DNA of 64,000 nucleotides from Haliotis rubra (Eukaryota): NCBI RefSeq assembly GCF_003918875.1, contig NW_025767508.1, positions 1 to 64,000 of the forward strand, read 5' to 3'. Shown piece by piece: positions 10,425 to 23,700 of this stretch (position 1 is its first letter; each line of letters starts with the position of its first letter). The notes under the pieces were generated by a model. It saw only the letters and a program-made list of their open reading frames with translations, ran no database searches and was not told where the DNA came from. The position numbers and the translations under genes were made by a program.

Positions 10425-11035
10425 ATGGGGCTGTTCCCTGTCGTAGAAGAAGTCGCGAAGACCCTGGAAACAGTAGATGGATTCCGCTTCAGACAGTTAT
10501 GTGACGTAAAACGCCAACTAGAACAAAACCGTGACGCGGAAAGCACTATATAAGAAGTACCATAGAGCTTTCAATATCGTGGGACGGGACTGATACTGCC
10601 CTTATGGCAACCAGCATGGGACTAGGGGCAGGCGTTGGGTTGTTGGCCACCATCGTGGCCGCACCTATAGTGCTAGGCATTGAAATAACAGCTGGGGTTG
10701 TAGAGGTGGCAGGGTTGGTGTTTATGTTTGCATCCGACCCAGACTGCATCGTAAAAGCGTTGAAACCACGACGAGATCAGGGTTCTGGCGAAACAAAGCT
10801 GAACACAGTAAGTGAGCGTATTTCCACAGCACTCACTGACAGTAAGATCTCAGAGGAGGAATTTCGTTCAATCCTCTCTGAACTCGACAAGAAATCCGGT
10901 CCAAGTCTCGTAAGTCTGCTATCAGCGAAGACGAGAAAAAATTACATAGATCAGGGGGTACGGAAAGCCCAGCAAGCCTTTATTACAAACACCAAAAGAG
11001 ATCATAGGCGATTCACATTAAAACTGTTTCATTGA
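10425..11035 (+). pseudogene. Conserved Polinton helical protein with hydrophobic hairpin, frameshifted
   Basis: FRFRQLCDVKRQLE...YKKYHRAFNI..TDTALMATSMGLGAGVGLLATIVAAPIVLGIEI...KLNTVSERISTALTDSKISEEEFRSILSELDK. Confidence 0.7.
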
Positions 11036-11075
11036 GGTCAATGCGACATGAGTGTCAAAGTGCTAGTTCGCGGTC

Positions 11076-11244
11076 ATAGCGACACTATTGTGTCACGTGG
11101 GGTCAGGAAGGTAACTTTGGGATTCAAAGTGAGTATATACAATGGTGGCGAGATCTAAGGGCCCGACAAAAGCTTTATTTGTGAAATAAAGCTTTACAGA
11201 GCTTTGTTGGACTTGGTCTCCGGACAATCTTTGTATATACTACT
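11076..11244 (-). repeat. Polinton right terminal inverted repeat
   Basis: Reverse complement of 429-596; ends ACTACT followed by TSD CGCTT. Confidence 0.95.
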
Positions 11245-11841
11245 CGCTTCCCAGTCGAACCCACCAAGAACTTTCTGGAGAATATGTAGGCTCCCCAACA
11301 CTGCAGCCTTCTGCATTACCCAGAGTGTCAGAAGGGCTGTGCTCCGGTGGAGAACCGGACACTATCTGATCTGCAGCAAGAGATCAGGAGGTACCAAACC
11401 AAAGGGCACCGAGAACAATGGGGGTCAGACGTCAGGTATGCTTCGACATTTCAAATGCGCATATTTAGCATGCTTTTCCCGAATCTTGCCTATCACATTG
11501 CTTTCAAAAGGGACAGAAAGGAATTCAATGATATAGATAAATTCATTATCTTCATCAAAAGGACAAAAGATCAGTTTTGGGGATGCTGGAATTGCTTCCT
11601 CAAGAGCTGTCTATGGGCCTATTCAAAGACGTTTAAAAGCATAATTTTCCATGACGCCCTGGACGTGTTTAGGGTCGTATCATGGATGGACCTCGAGTCA
11701 AAGCAATGGCCACAGGCATGGCAGAAGACGATAGCAAGCATGTCGGAAACAGCCCCATCGCTATATTCCATGAAAAGCGAATTGATGCTACTAAAATGGA
11801 ATGGATGTTCCCATTCTGCAATTCAAGGAAATTATACACTG

Positions 11842-12944
11842 AACTAGTACAAGACTTAGTGTGCTCTATTACGTGTAAATTTGTTTTGAATCGGATTTAT
11901 TCGTTTTTGATCAACAAAACCGCGGAATATCATTTTAAATTAAGAGATTTAAAGAAGCGCTCAATTTCCGTGATTAACTTGAGTAAACCCGAACAATTAT
12001 TTCGGATTACTCACATTTCTTCGGATTACTCCTTATTTTCCACAGCCATGTTTATTGGTCATTTTGCGTTTCCAAAGAGACTAAGTAGCATTGGCTGAAA
12101 GTTCATTACTGATTAATCCAAGTGTATAATGTAGAGAAAGTTCACCTCAGAGACAAATTCCAGCCTGATTACAACGTTGGAGGCGTTTTGTCAGCAAGTC
12201 AACAAGCCACAGCCACCATATTCCGTTAGTAACCTCCTACGACAACCATGGGTCACTGAAGATCAATTCTAGCTTGGGATCTTCACGGGATAAATAAAAT
12301 GGGAGTAGTGTATGACAATGTCATCATCAACGGCTGGCATTTCAGGAACCACCGCTACAAATCCCTTTCCACACATCAATTTCCACGCATGAGAGAGTCA
12401 TTTTGTGCACATGCGAGATTATCCATTTCAAGTCGGAGTTTAGCATGTCCCAGCATCCACAACACTATCACGTAAACTAGTACAAAACTTAGTGCGCTCT
12501 ATTACGTGTAAATTTGTTTTGAATTGAAAGTGTATCAGTTTATTCACGTTTTTGATCAACAAAAACACAGAATATGTTTAAATTAGAGATTTATAGAAAA
12601 CTCAATTTCCGCATTAACTATGAAGTAAAGCCGAACAATTATTTCGGATTACTCACATTTCTTCGGATTACTCCAAATTTTCCACAGCCATGTTTATTAG
12701 CCATTTTGAATTGCCAAAAGAGGCTAAGTACCATTGGCTGAAAGTTCATTTAATTCTAACCCGGATCTTCACGAGATAAATAAATGGGAGTGGTGTAAGA
12801 CAATAAATATCAACGGCTGGCTAGAACCACACAAATCCATTCACATCAATTCACGCAGAGAGTCATTTTGTGCACATGCGAATGTCCATTCCAAGTCGAG
12901 TTTAACATGTCCCAGCATCACAACACTATCCACATAAACAAGTA
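11842..12944. repeat. Local A-B-A-B tandem duplication
   Basis: ~11842-12107 recurs at ~12476-12750; ~12277-12482 recurs at ~12762-12944. Confidence 0.85.
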
Positions 12945-13089
12945 TGTAGAATCGCAGATGAAGGTTTTATCCGTCTTACTAACAGATATCCTATTACTGG
13001 ATTCCGTGGTATCGATATGCTGTTACTTATAATGAAAACATGGTCTAAGAAGATATTCCTTGGGTCGTACTAAGTAGTCATTTATCCTA

Positions 13090-13744
13090 CAGTGGAATCG
13101 GTCAAATCAGACTCTGTGTAATCCGGTGTTCTCCATAATCCGGACTACTCTCTGAGTTACGCCAAAATTGTTCTTAATTTATCATTTAAGCGTGCTTTAT
13201 AATCCGGACCCTCTCAATTACGGATTACAGACTAAAATAACAGTACCGACAATCAACTTGCAATGAGAACAATGCTTTGTGACCCGGACGTAGCTGACTA
13301 AAATAACAGTACCGACAATCAACTTGCTATGAAAACAATGCTTTTGTGACCCGGACGTAGCTGACTAAAATAACAGTCCCGACACTTTTAAACTTGCTAT
13401 GAGAACAATGCTTTGTAATCCTGTCGCAGCTGAATAAAAATAACAGTCCGTTGAATAAACATCTCTGTTACTTCTGTTCACAATGGTTGACTAAAAACAT
13501 TGTATTACGTGGACATTTACAGAGGCAGAAGCAGTTCATGTTAACAGACTTCTTCCAATGAAAGTATAAATAATATATTGAGTATAAATAAAAAACAAAA
13601 CACAACGATTCAAATTGTTGAATGTCCTTAACAAAGGGAGGTAACTCATCGTGGCAGAGAACACGGTAACGGACAAAAGTAACTGTTGTCTAATCCGGAC
13701 TGCTTTACAATTCCAGATTTCACCGTAATAGACAGATTCCAGTG
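13090..13744. mobile_element. Tc1/mariner(pogo)-type MITE with internal ~64-bp tandem repeats
   Basis: TA|CAGTGGAATCGGTC ... GACAGATTCCAGTG|TA; 3-4 copies of gactaaaataacagtaccgacaatcaacttgc at ~13230-13450. Confidence 0.7.
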
Positions 13745-14502
13745 TATTTCTGTACTGTTTATATTGGTATAAATTAAGCTTTAAAGAAACCGTACTACTG
13801 TTTTGACAAATATTGATTTTTGAAGTTATATTTAGAATATTAATATAGATACTGTTCAAGCATTAATAGGGATCGTGGAATGTTTCAAGTTAAACGTTTG
13901 AGGCTTGAATGACATAAAATCATGAATAACGAATGACAGAAAGCACATGCAGTGATTGAGTCAACCGTGATGCTTGAGAGCATGGCGGGCAGGTGCACTT
14001 GCATGTTTCGAAGGTTGTCAGTATTGTAGCTGCAGTGTGTGCTAGGGATTCACAGACACGCTACTGAGCCCATAGTTGTGACTGCTGTTGTCTCACCACC
14101 TGTATGTTCAGGCGTGGCCCTCAACGACCACCTAGGTTTAACGTAAAGGCACTTCAGGGACAAATCCATTGTTATCAGATCAACTGTCTCTCTAACAGTA
14201 CTATGTGATTCGTTGTAAAGCATCATGTTACTTATGTCATTAAAAACGCAATGGTCCTTGGCAAATATTGTACAGTATTCACAGATACATACATTAATAT
14301 TATGACACTGGCACTCGAGCAACAGAAGGGTCGACAATCGAAATCTCCGTAAATACAGTTATGTGGGCACTGTATTGACCTGTATTAGTGGTATTGTCAC
14401 CTACATATAGCTGTTCATATCTTCCAGATTACCTGGTTCAGTGCGTGGACTCCCCCTATGAGACTCGTGAATCTACTGTTAACCGTAACATGGAGATGAC
14501 AT

Positions 14503-14713
14503 ATGAGAAGTACAGATCAGAAAAAAGACCTGTTTTGGTCTGATATACCTCACGAAAAGGCCACAATGGTGACCAAGAAGAAGAAAACTAAACGCAAGAA
14601 CATGCACTTGCGGACACCTAAACTGTGGGGCAGTTTAATGCAAACACCACGACATGCATTCAGGAAGAAGAAAAAAGTCACAAGTCACCATGTCCCAAAG
14701 GTACACACACACA

Positions 14714-14748
<35 letters not shown>

Positions 14749-17700
14749 GCACACACACACACACACATACATACATACATACTTCAATTCATCCGTGCAG
14801 GTGGATATGGGGTTGAAACGACGGCGAGTCGTCAAATTGCACTTAGCTGTTGATATGTGTTATGTCGACAGTAGTGAGTGAGTGAATTAATATTTAACGT
14901 CACATCGACAATATTTCAGCCATACCGTGACGTGAACAATCTATACATTAAACCTAAATAAACCTTTACCATAAAACGCTGTCGTCAAAGGACAGTTGTA
15001 ATTCCTCAGTATGAATTCATTTTTCAACATATTTGATGTAAAAAGATATTCTATTCTTCATATGGCGCAGAAATTTGGGGTTTACATACACTTGGAAAAT
15101 TAGAAATGGTACATTTGTATGCCTCTACAAAGTTTTTGGGTGTTAAACAAACACACCCAAATATCATGATCTATGTAGAATGTGGCAGGTTTCCTTAATA
15201 TCTATATATACTCTATTGAAAGCAATTCGGTATTGGATACATTTATTAAACATGCCAACCTAACCAAAAATGTTATAGAAAGAGTGCTTTTATATGATAG
15301 AAATGGACAAAAACTGTATGACTGATATAAATCAATTATTATTTTCTACTGGATTTGGATATATTTGGCATAAAAGAAATTGAACACATATTCATCAAAT
15401 CATTTACTCAAAGACTAAAAGATATGTATTTTCAAACTGGCAAAAAGATTATCTACTTCCGCAATATCCATACCTGTCATGTTTAAATGTAAAAAGCATA
15501 GGGTAAGTTTAAGATGCTCATCTCATGAACTTTTAATTGAGAAAGGTAGATATGTAAATACGAACAGAGAACATAGAACTTGTCAGTTATGTTATTCAAA
15601 TGCAATTGAAGACGAGTATCATTTTCCTCTTGTAGGCCCTAACAACAATAATCTTCTAAGCAAATATATATATGCCCATCAAAACAGGCTTAAGTTTTCA
15701 CTACTTCTAAACAGTTCAAATACTGAAGAAATTGAAAACCTGTCCATGTATATTTTCTACGCATTTGTACATAGAAAAGCGAATTTGTTCATTGAACGTG
15801 TATAAAGCAATTGTACATAGTGTACTATATGAGGTACCCTGAGGTATAACATTTGGAGTACCATGAATAATAAAATTTATCACCAAACTGTGTTCCACAG
15901 GAACATTTGGTTCAAAAAACCATGTTTTCATAGATACAATGTGACAATGCTATGATCCAATTCAATGCTATGACATCGCTGCACTGCAAATGTAATGGCA
16001 GTACCATGTTCAGAGATGTACATTTTACATCGATGAAGGTGATTTTGATGATAAATAGAATCTCACCCGTGTCTTCTGATATCAAATATATCAACACTCG
16101 TTGTTAAAATATCCTTTTTGTGACTGACTCGTGTTTGTTGTTTAACGCGCCCCTACCTGAGAGGCATGATCGACATTGAAACTGACCGTGCTTGTTTGAG
16201 ATTTGATTGAAAATTGAGATTTGATTAATTCTTGTCATATAGCTGACATATTGCGCGATGAGGAGTTAGCCAAACATTTGTGTCAAACGTTGTGAAATTA
16301 CCATTCACATTTCAGAAAATCTGTTCAGAAGAAGACACATCATTCCTCGGTCATGTTAGGGATGTGGTATATAGACCAACTGATGATGACACATTCCCTT
16401 TGTATGTGAAATCAAGAAACACATACAAAATATGTCTGAAAGGAAAACTGAATATGGTTCAGCTCAAAGAGGCTATTGAATACAAAGACAGCATTCCTGC
16501 AGATCTACAGATGCTGACTCATCATGGCAAACTGATACGGCCATCCACACTGAAGAACGTGCAGCCAAATGACACAATCCATGTCATTGTAAGGAACAAA
16601 GGAGGAACGAAAGGCGCTGAAAAGAAACCATTACTTAAGAAAAAAGGTGATTGATGCACTTCTTCATGGCTGAAATTTCACATGCTTTTTCGACCAATGA
16701 ACTCCAACATAAAATTTGTTTCTGAAATTCCATTTCATTTAAATACCTTTAAACGATTTGGATTTTTTTCTTATTCAAATGGAATAGATGTAAACGTTGC
16801 TTAGAAAGTACGAGGGTCGATCAAAAAGTACCTAGCCTAACTATATTCTCGATGTCCAATGTTTGAAAAGCTTCCATTATATTTCGAAGGAATCGTTACC
16901 AAAGCCATATCCAAACTTGAGTAATGTGTGGGTAATGTGGTTAACCAGATATTTGTCATCACAACACATTGGTGTACAGTATTTCTAACAATATTGCAGA
17001 AAATGAAAACGGTAAGCCCTCAGATAATGCCAGATAAAATATGTTCAGTATAGTATTGGATGACTTCCCGTCATGATCAACAATCAAAGATTTGGACTGC
17101 CTGATTTATACTTTGTCGGGGGCTATCTCTTAAGGACACACCCATTTTAATCTTCAAAAACATTGTGTCCAGATATTCAAGCTGGCACTTTTTACAATGT
17201 ATTGTGAGCTGACACTTGAGTGACCATTCAGTATTTAGTTTGAACCCTTGTCATCATGTATGCATAAGTGAAAACATTAGAATAATGTCCTTATGATTAC
17301 GTCATCTGAAAGGTAGTGTCTCCAAAACAAGCTCTTTCGGTCAACATGAAGGGGGGTTGGGGTGTCACTTAAACCAGCGATTGTATTTTCAAATTGCTTA
17401 TTTATGAACTTTAATATCTAAGTGTCATTCTAGGGGACTTCTATCAATCTCAAACACACAACATATTTCCTGCATATTTTGTTTCCAGAAGTTTTTCATG
17501 CATTTATTGTAGATTTTGCGGTTTTGAGGGTACCAAGGAAAAGGTCAACCAAAATGGGGATCGTGAGACTGGAACATAGCAAAACAAAATTGTTTGTGCT
17601 TGACAGATAATATGTAGAAAAATAAAACATAAAAATAACTGCATTTGTATCGTTTTCTTGGTGATTCTACATACGTTTTGATCGCCCTCGTACATGAAGT

Positions 17701-20700
17701 TTTCTACAGTTATATATTAATTCTTGCACATTTATATAATGCGAAAGAGTATGGAAAATTAGGTACTTATTATACATAACAGTTACTACTATTGTCCCTA
17801 AATTCACTTTTTGTTAAGTGTCCAATTTGCATATTGGAGGTGTACTGCCGTGACACTTTTATATTTAATTCATATATAATATTTTTCACTACTTCTGTTT
17901 ATGTTAAAGGACCAGGCTTGCCCAATACTGCAACAGAGGAAGAGGTCCAGGAGTGGCTATTACGCAGCGTGAAAGTACCTAAACAGTTGATTAAGGATGA
18001 AGTGAAATACGTAAATGGGGACATGCTCAATGAATACACAGATTCCAATGAAATGAGAGAAGAACTTGGACTTCCCATGGGACTTTGTAGGAAAATTCTA
18101 TATTTGAACACCAAAGAATTTGATGATAAAACATTTGGATTGAGTAGGGAACAACTGGAATCCTTTACACCAAATCACATATGTGATTTTGCAAGAGATT
18201 CTTTTGCGGAAGACAAAAACCTCGGTAAGATTATTGAGGCTATTAAAACTGAACATATTGATGGTTTTGTAATAATGTTATATGAGAATCATGAAATGCT
18301 TGCTAAGGACTTGAATATTAAAAAGGTTTTAGGTAGGAAATTATTACTGTATGTAAAGAAGAGGATGAAGGATAGCTCAATGACTACCACAACAACAATG
18401 CACTTAAATGAAGCAAGTGACACACGACATATTCCATCCCTTGGTTTGAATCAGAGGAAGATTCCATCAGCAGCTGATACAACAAGAGAACCTTTCGCAG
18501 AACTACCTAGTCATACCCCTAATGCTTCTTCAAGTACTTCCTCACCAACTGTGGAAAGTCCTTCCATTACCTTCATACAGGAACACTTAGGATTAGATAT
18601 TAAAGAATACGTTGGTGAAGATAATCCGAATGAGTACCAACTACTTGCAATTCACAGTTCCTGGGAACCAAGTCATGAACTGGCTCAAATGTTTTTATTC
18701 TGGATTTTATGCAAAGGAAACGACTTTGAGGACACGTCTAAGAGAAGGAAACTTTGGAGTTTGATTGTCCAGAATACATCGACTTGGTTACAAACTTTAC
18801 CTGATAAAGTACAATCTGATTTCAAGAAAGGGAAAGGTGAATATCAATTTCAGTTCAAAGGACGAAAATCGATCCGTCTGAGCCAAGTTGGGGAAAAGAT
18901 GATCAAATATGAAAACATAACTCTCAAACAAAGAGATCACTACAAAAATCATATTCTTATTTTGCCTGGAAGTACTGCTCCAGTCCAAGACCATGTGTAT
19001 AGAATATATGATGGAAATTACCATTTGGAAGCTTCAATAAAGGATATCACAAACAAAATGTTTTGTATTGACGATACATTGACATGTATCAAACCTTTGA
19101 GTTTTGACCCCACTCCCTCAGAAGAAGGTGAACACCAAGAGAAGGATCTTGGTCTAACTTATTATGGTGAAATGAAGGAAAAGTATGGAATATCAACACA
19201 TGTTTCTAAAACAACTGCTAATACAAAAGCCCAGGATGGAGTGTCATTTCAGAGACCAAGGCCATTTAAACTGGACAGTCTTTGCACAGTATATTTCAAG
19301 GATTATGTTATGGATGTGACAGAAAGTGGAAGTGGAATGATAACACCGTCCTTAGAATTCAAATACTTTCGATCAAGTCTTGATACTGGTAACGAAAACA
19401 GTCCAATAGAAAAATTTCTCACAGAGACTTTGCGTTTTGCCTGTGGTTGCCTTAACAGACGTCGAAATGGAACCATCTATTTTGGAATTGCTGATGAGAA
19501 ACCTGTTGGTGGAATTACACGCAGGCATGGTCAGATAGTGGGGTTCCCCATCATAGAAGTTGACATTGACAGTAAAATAAAGTACGCAGATGAACTGAAT
19601 GAGGCCAAATCAAAATGTTTTGACTCACCATTAGCAAACAGCGCTGCAAAGGAATGTATCAAAGCACCCGTTTTTGTGAAGGTTGCCCCTTCACCAGACC
19701 AGGTTCCATTGTTTGTTATGGAGGTTGACATAGAGCCTGATTCACGTTTTTGCGAAGGCATAATTTTCAAACTGGATTTATCGAAAATATGTGGGAAGAA
19801 ACAGAGACCATTCCTGTTTGTTCGTGATGGACCCGAAACAAAAAAGATTGGTACTGATGCAGAAGAACTACACTTTGTAGACAAATTGAAGGAATGGGAC
19901 AATAAGCGCAAATTTGAAGAAGAACGGTCAGTTGATAGACATTGGTCCGATCAAAATGATCACAAATATTTGGCTGAAAAACTCTGTCGTAAATTATGCA
20001 AAACTAGCAACCAAATTGATTCTTCACTCTGGCCAATTCTAATTTCTAGCAAGCCACCAGATGCATTAAAGTCATCACTGTTTACTTCTCTTAGTTTCAT
20101 CTCAAGCATTCCTTGGTGTGCAGTTTTTGATTTTGATGAGGAATCGTTTAGAAATGGGATGTGCAAGCATTTTTTCAACAGTACACAAACAACTCTAACA
20201 AACGGAGACATATTCCGAGATGTTGAGAACAACAACATTTTGAGAGAACGATTAAAACTCCCAGAAAACAATGTGCTGATATTTTGCAATGGGCGATCTG
20301 ACTTTCGAATGCCTCACCTCACAAAACATGAATGGAAAAAAGAATACTCCCCAAACGTTAAAGGAGCAATAAACTTTTTTCAGCAAAAATCAGTTATTCC
20401 ACCTGGAAGAACTATTGCGGTGTTTTTACTCTTTGCAACGGATTTTCATGGTTTCTTGGATATCTTTGGAGAGATGACAACATTCTTTGGAAGTGAAAAC
20501 ATTGTACTTATTTGTGAAGAAATAGGCGTATTTCAAGAATTTCAACGCATGGCTTTAGTTCAAGAAATTGTCGAGAAAGAAGACATTGAACGGAATTGTG
20601 TTGTTGGCATGACGTGGGAGCAGACCAGTACTTCTATCAACAATCTAATAGGTGTTGACAAACAAACTGTAACATCTATACCAACCAGCAGTGGAGCACC

Positions 20701-23700
20701 TGTAACAGCTGAACTAAAATTTCTAGAAAGCATCGACAGTTTACAACTTTTGAGTTACTCACAATGCGAGGACAAAACATTTGAAAAACTATCTGATAGA
20801 CAAACATTTAGTAGAATGAAGGAATTGAAGTTTTATCAAGGTAACAGGGTTGAGTGGTGGAATTTCTTTTTTGACGGACATGTCATGGAAAGACATTGCT
20901 TTCGTAGACTGAAATCTAAAGTTTTTGATGCCCTCAGTGGAGAAAAAGCAGACAAAATATCAAGAATTGTGCCTATATTTCTTCATCATGAACCGGGTGC
21001 AGGCGGTTCAACTTTAGTAAGGCATGTCCTTTGGGAGTTTCACAAGGAGTTCAGATGTGCAATCATCACAAAACTGGAGGAAAAGACTGCTTTAGACATA
21101 CTTTCATTGTGGCGTTATAAAGAAAAGGACATCAAATACGCCAGACCTCTGTTGCTACTTATTGACTCAATAGTGGAGCAAAAGTTAGAGTTGCATGACA
21201 TCCATCACCTCGTGACAAAAGAATCTTGGAAAGTTGATAGCCACATGAGATCCCCTATATGTGTTTTCCTCGTTTGCAAAAGAGATGAAACCCTAAATAT
21301 GCCTCAGCGAACTCTACGACAAGAGGTATCTGAGAATGAATACCTGCTGCAGAAGGTAGAAGACGGTGAAAAAGACTGGTTGACCATGAAGATACAGCAA
21401 CTAGAAGACACAAGCAGGGATTTGGGTCTCACACATTTCAAAGGAGAATATTTTATTTCCTTCATGATTCTACATTCAGACTTTAAACAGGATTTTCTCA
21501 GAGATACAATTCGCAGTTTGATGAGCCGAATGGAGTTTGAGGACAAGTCATTCAAGCTGCTGGCTTATGTTGCCCTTATCATATCATTTGTAAGTCCCCC
21601 AAATGGGGGTGCAGCCATAGCGATTCCTGTTGAATGTTGTAGTGAACATATGGGATTTAACTCCAGGATGAACAACCAGTCCAGAAATCTTTCCCTTTGG
21701 GAAAACCATCTTGAAGGCCCTTTAAAAATATTATTGATAATTGAAGCAAAAGAAAATGGCAGCGGAAAACAGATACGAATGGCTCATCAAAATCTGGCAA
21801 AAGCTGTGATAGAATGCATTCAATCTAAATATTTTAAGAATGATCTAGCCAGTATTGCTACTGCTTTCCTTGACTCAGATCTACTCAAAACTTCTTCCTT
21901 TGCCAAAAAATATTTACATCGGCTATGTGTTGAAATGCTCATACGACGAAAAAAGGAAGAATATGAAGATGGTGAAAATACAAAGTTCAGTCCACTTATT
22001 GAAAGCATTATTAGTGAAACTAAACTGTATTCAAAGGGTGCAAACGTTTTAGTTAAAGGATTTGAGCTGATGCAAGATGGTTTCATTGCTCATCAACTGG
22101 CACGTTTACATCTTCATCACAAAGAATACATTTTGGCCAAAGAGTGGGCACAAAAGGCAGTGGCACTGGATCCAAAGAGATCCACCTTCTTACACACGTT
22201 TGGATGTGTCTACAAACATCACTTTCTGAATCTGAAGTTGTGGGAATCAACAGATAAGAGAAAACCAGACGATCCCAGTACGACAGATGCATTAGATATG
22301 GCACTAGGTGCATTAGGCCATTTCCAAAACGCAAGCACGTGTGACAAATATGAGAAGAACCTCTTGGCATATTTCGATACTCTTTCAACAGTCAATTGCA
22401 TTGCTAGATTTCTCTGTGAAATTGTTAACATTGGCACACCTGATGTTGTTCACAGATATTTGACTGAAGACAGTTACTCTCCAGAATCTACTGCATCCTG
22501 GGAAAACTACCATTCAAGACTTAAGGCTTTGTATGACACAGCCATGGGTGCAGTCGGTGTGTTAGATGAACATATTTACTACAGTCAATGTTCTTATGTG
22601 TCTAAATATAGCCATCAACAAAATGAAGAACACAGAAATTCGAGGATTATTAAGAAACGTCTTCCTGACTCCTTTCAGGATTTTGTAAAGTTCTTTTGCC
22701 AAAGAGAAAACACAAATGATCCACCATCCTATATCAGATCGGATGTACTCATGGACGGATGGCATAGAAGGTGTGTTGTGGCTCTGCATGGAAAGAGGCT
22801 GGTAGATGTCTTCAAAATTGCCTTCCCTAAAACTGAACAGATACACGAGAGTGTGCACTACAAGGGGAACGCTAAGAAAAATAGGAAAGGAGAAAAGCCT
22901 GTTCCCTCTGATAGCCTATGGAGGATTCAAACACATTTAAAGAGCATAAAAGATAAAAGTGCGGAAGACTGTTTGACTCTTATAGCTGTTAACCTTGCTC
23001 TGGCTGAACTAAAAGCTGCAAAGCAAACAAGTGTTTCAGAACTGTATGGGTATTGTCTTCAGATAATACGCACAGAAAGAAGAGGAATCGCGTTAAGCAT
23101 GGCCTATCTTTATATTGTGATGTTTCTGTGGCCACAGGTGAAACAAGTAGTAGCATATGATCACACACTGATGAAGGAGGCTATGAAGTTCCTGTTTGAT
23201 GAATTCAGAGCAACCAAACAGCGAAAACCAAGAGGTGAAAATGAGTTATTCAAACGAGAAAACAATATTTTTCAGAGCATTGCTCTATTCTATTTAGCTA
23301 AAGGTAGAGGTCTGTCATCATTTTCCTATCACCTCTCGCCCCTGTTCCTTAAAAGGAAACAACAAGAAGAAATGTGGGAAAGCAGCCAAGTTAGAGAAAA
23401 GCTACAGTTAGTACGAGGCTACACAAGACTAAAACCAAACAGTGGCACAATAAGTGTTATCGTGGACTTGAAAGACTTTGACATAGATGAAGAGCTAGAA
23501 TTACGAAATTTCAAATGCAGGCGACCGGATATGACTGAGAGACCGATTTCATTCTACCTGGGATTTTCATTGTCTGGCCCTGTCGTGTGTTACATATGCC
23601 CTGAAGAAACGTCTATGGATCAATGGCAACTTGCTTCAGCCTATGTCGATTATTCCGTATTCCCAGAGGAAAAGCTTCGGCAGTTGCTGAAAGACATAGA

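Larger units (their letters stand above)
429..11244. mobile_element. Endogenous Polinton/Maverick (adintovirus-like, EndoVII-pPolB group), degenerate and internally deleted
   Basis: Termini AGTAGT (429) and ACTACT (11244), long TIRs, TSD CGCTT at 424-428 and 11245-11249; remnants of pPolB, integrase, major and minor capsid genes inside. Confidence 0.96.

Noticed and set aside
17792-17909. N-terminal residues of the 1989-aa ORF
   Set aside because: Non-ATG start in AT-rich sequence upstream of the AG acceptor at 17908-17909; intronic.
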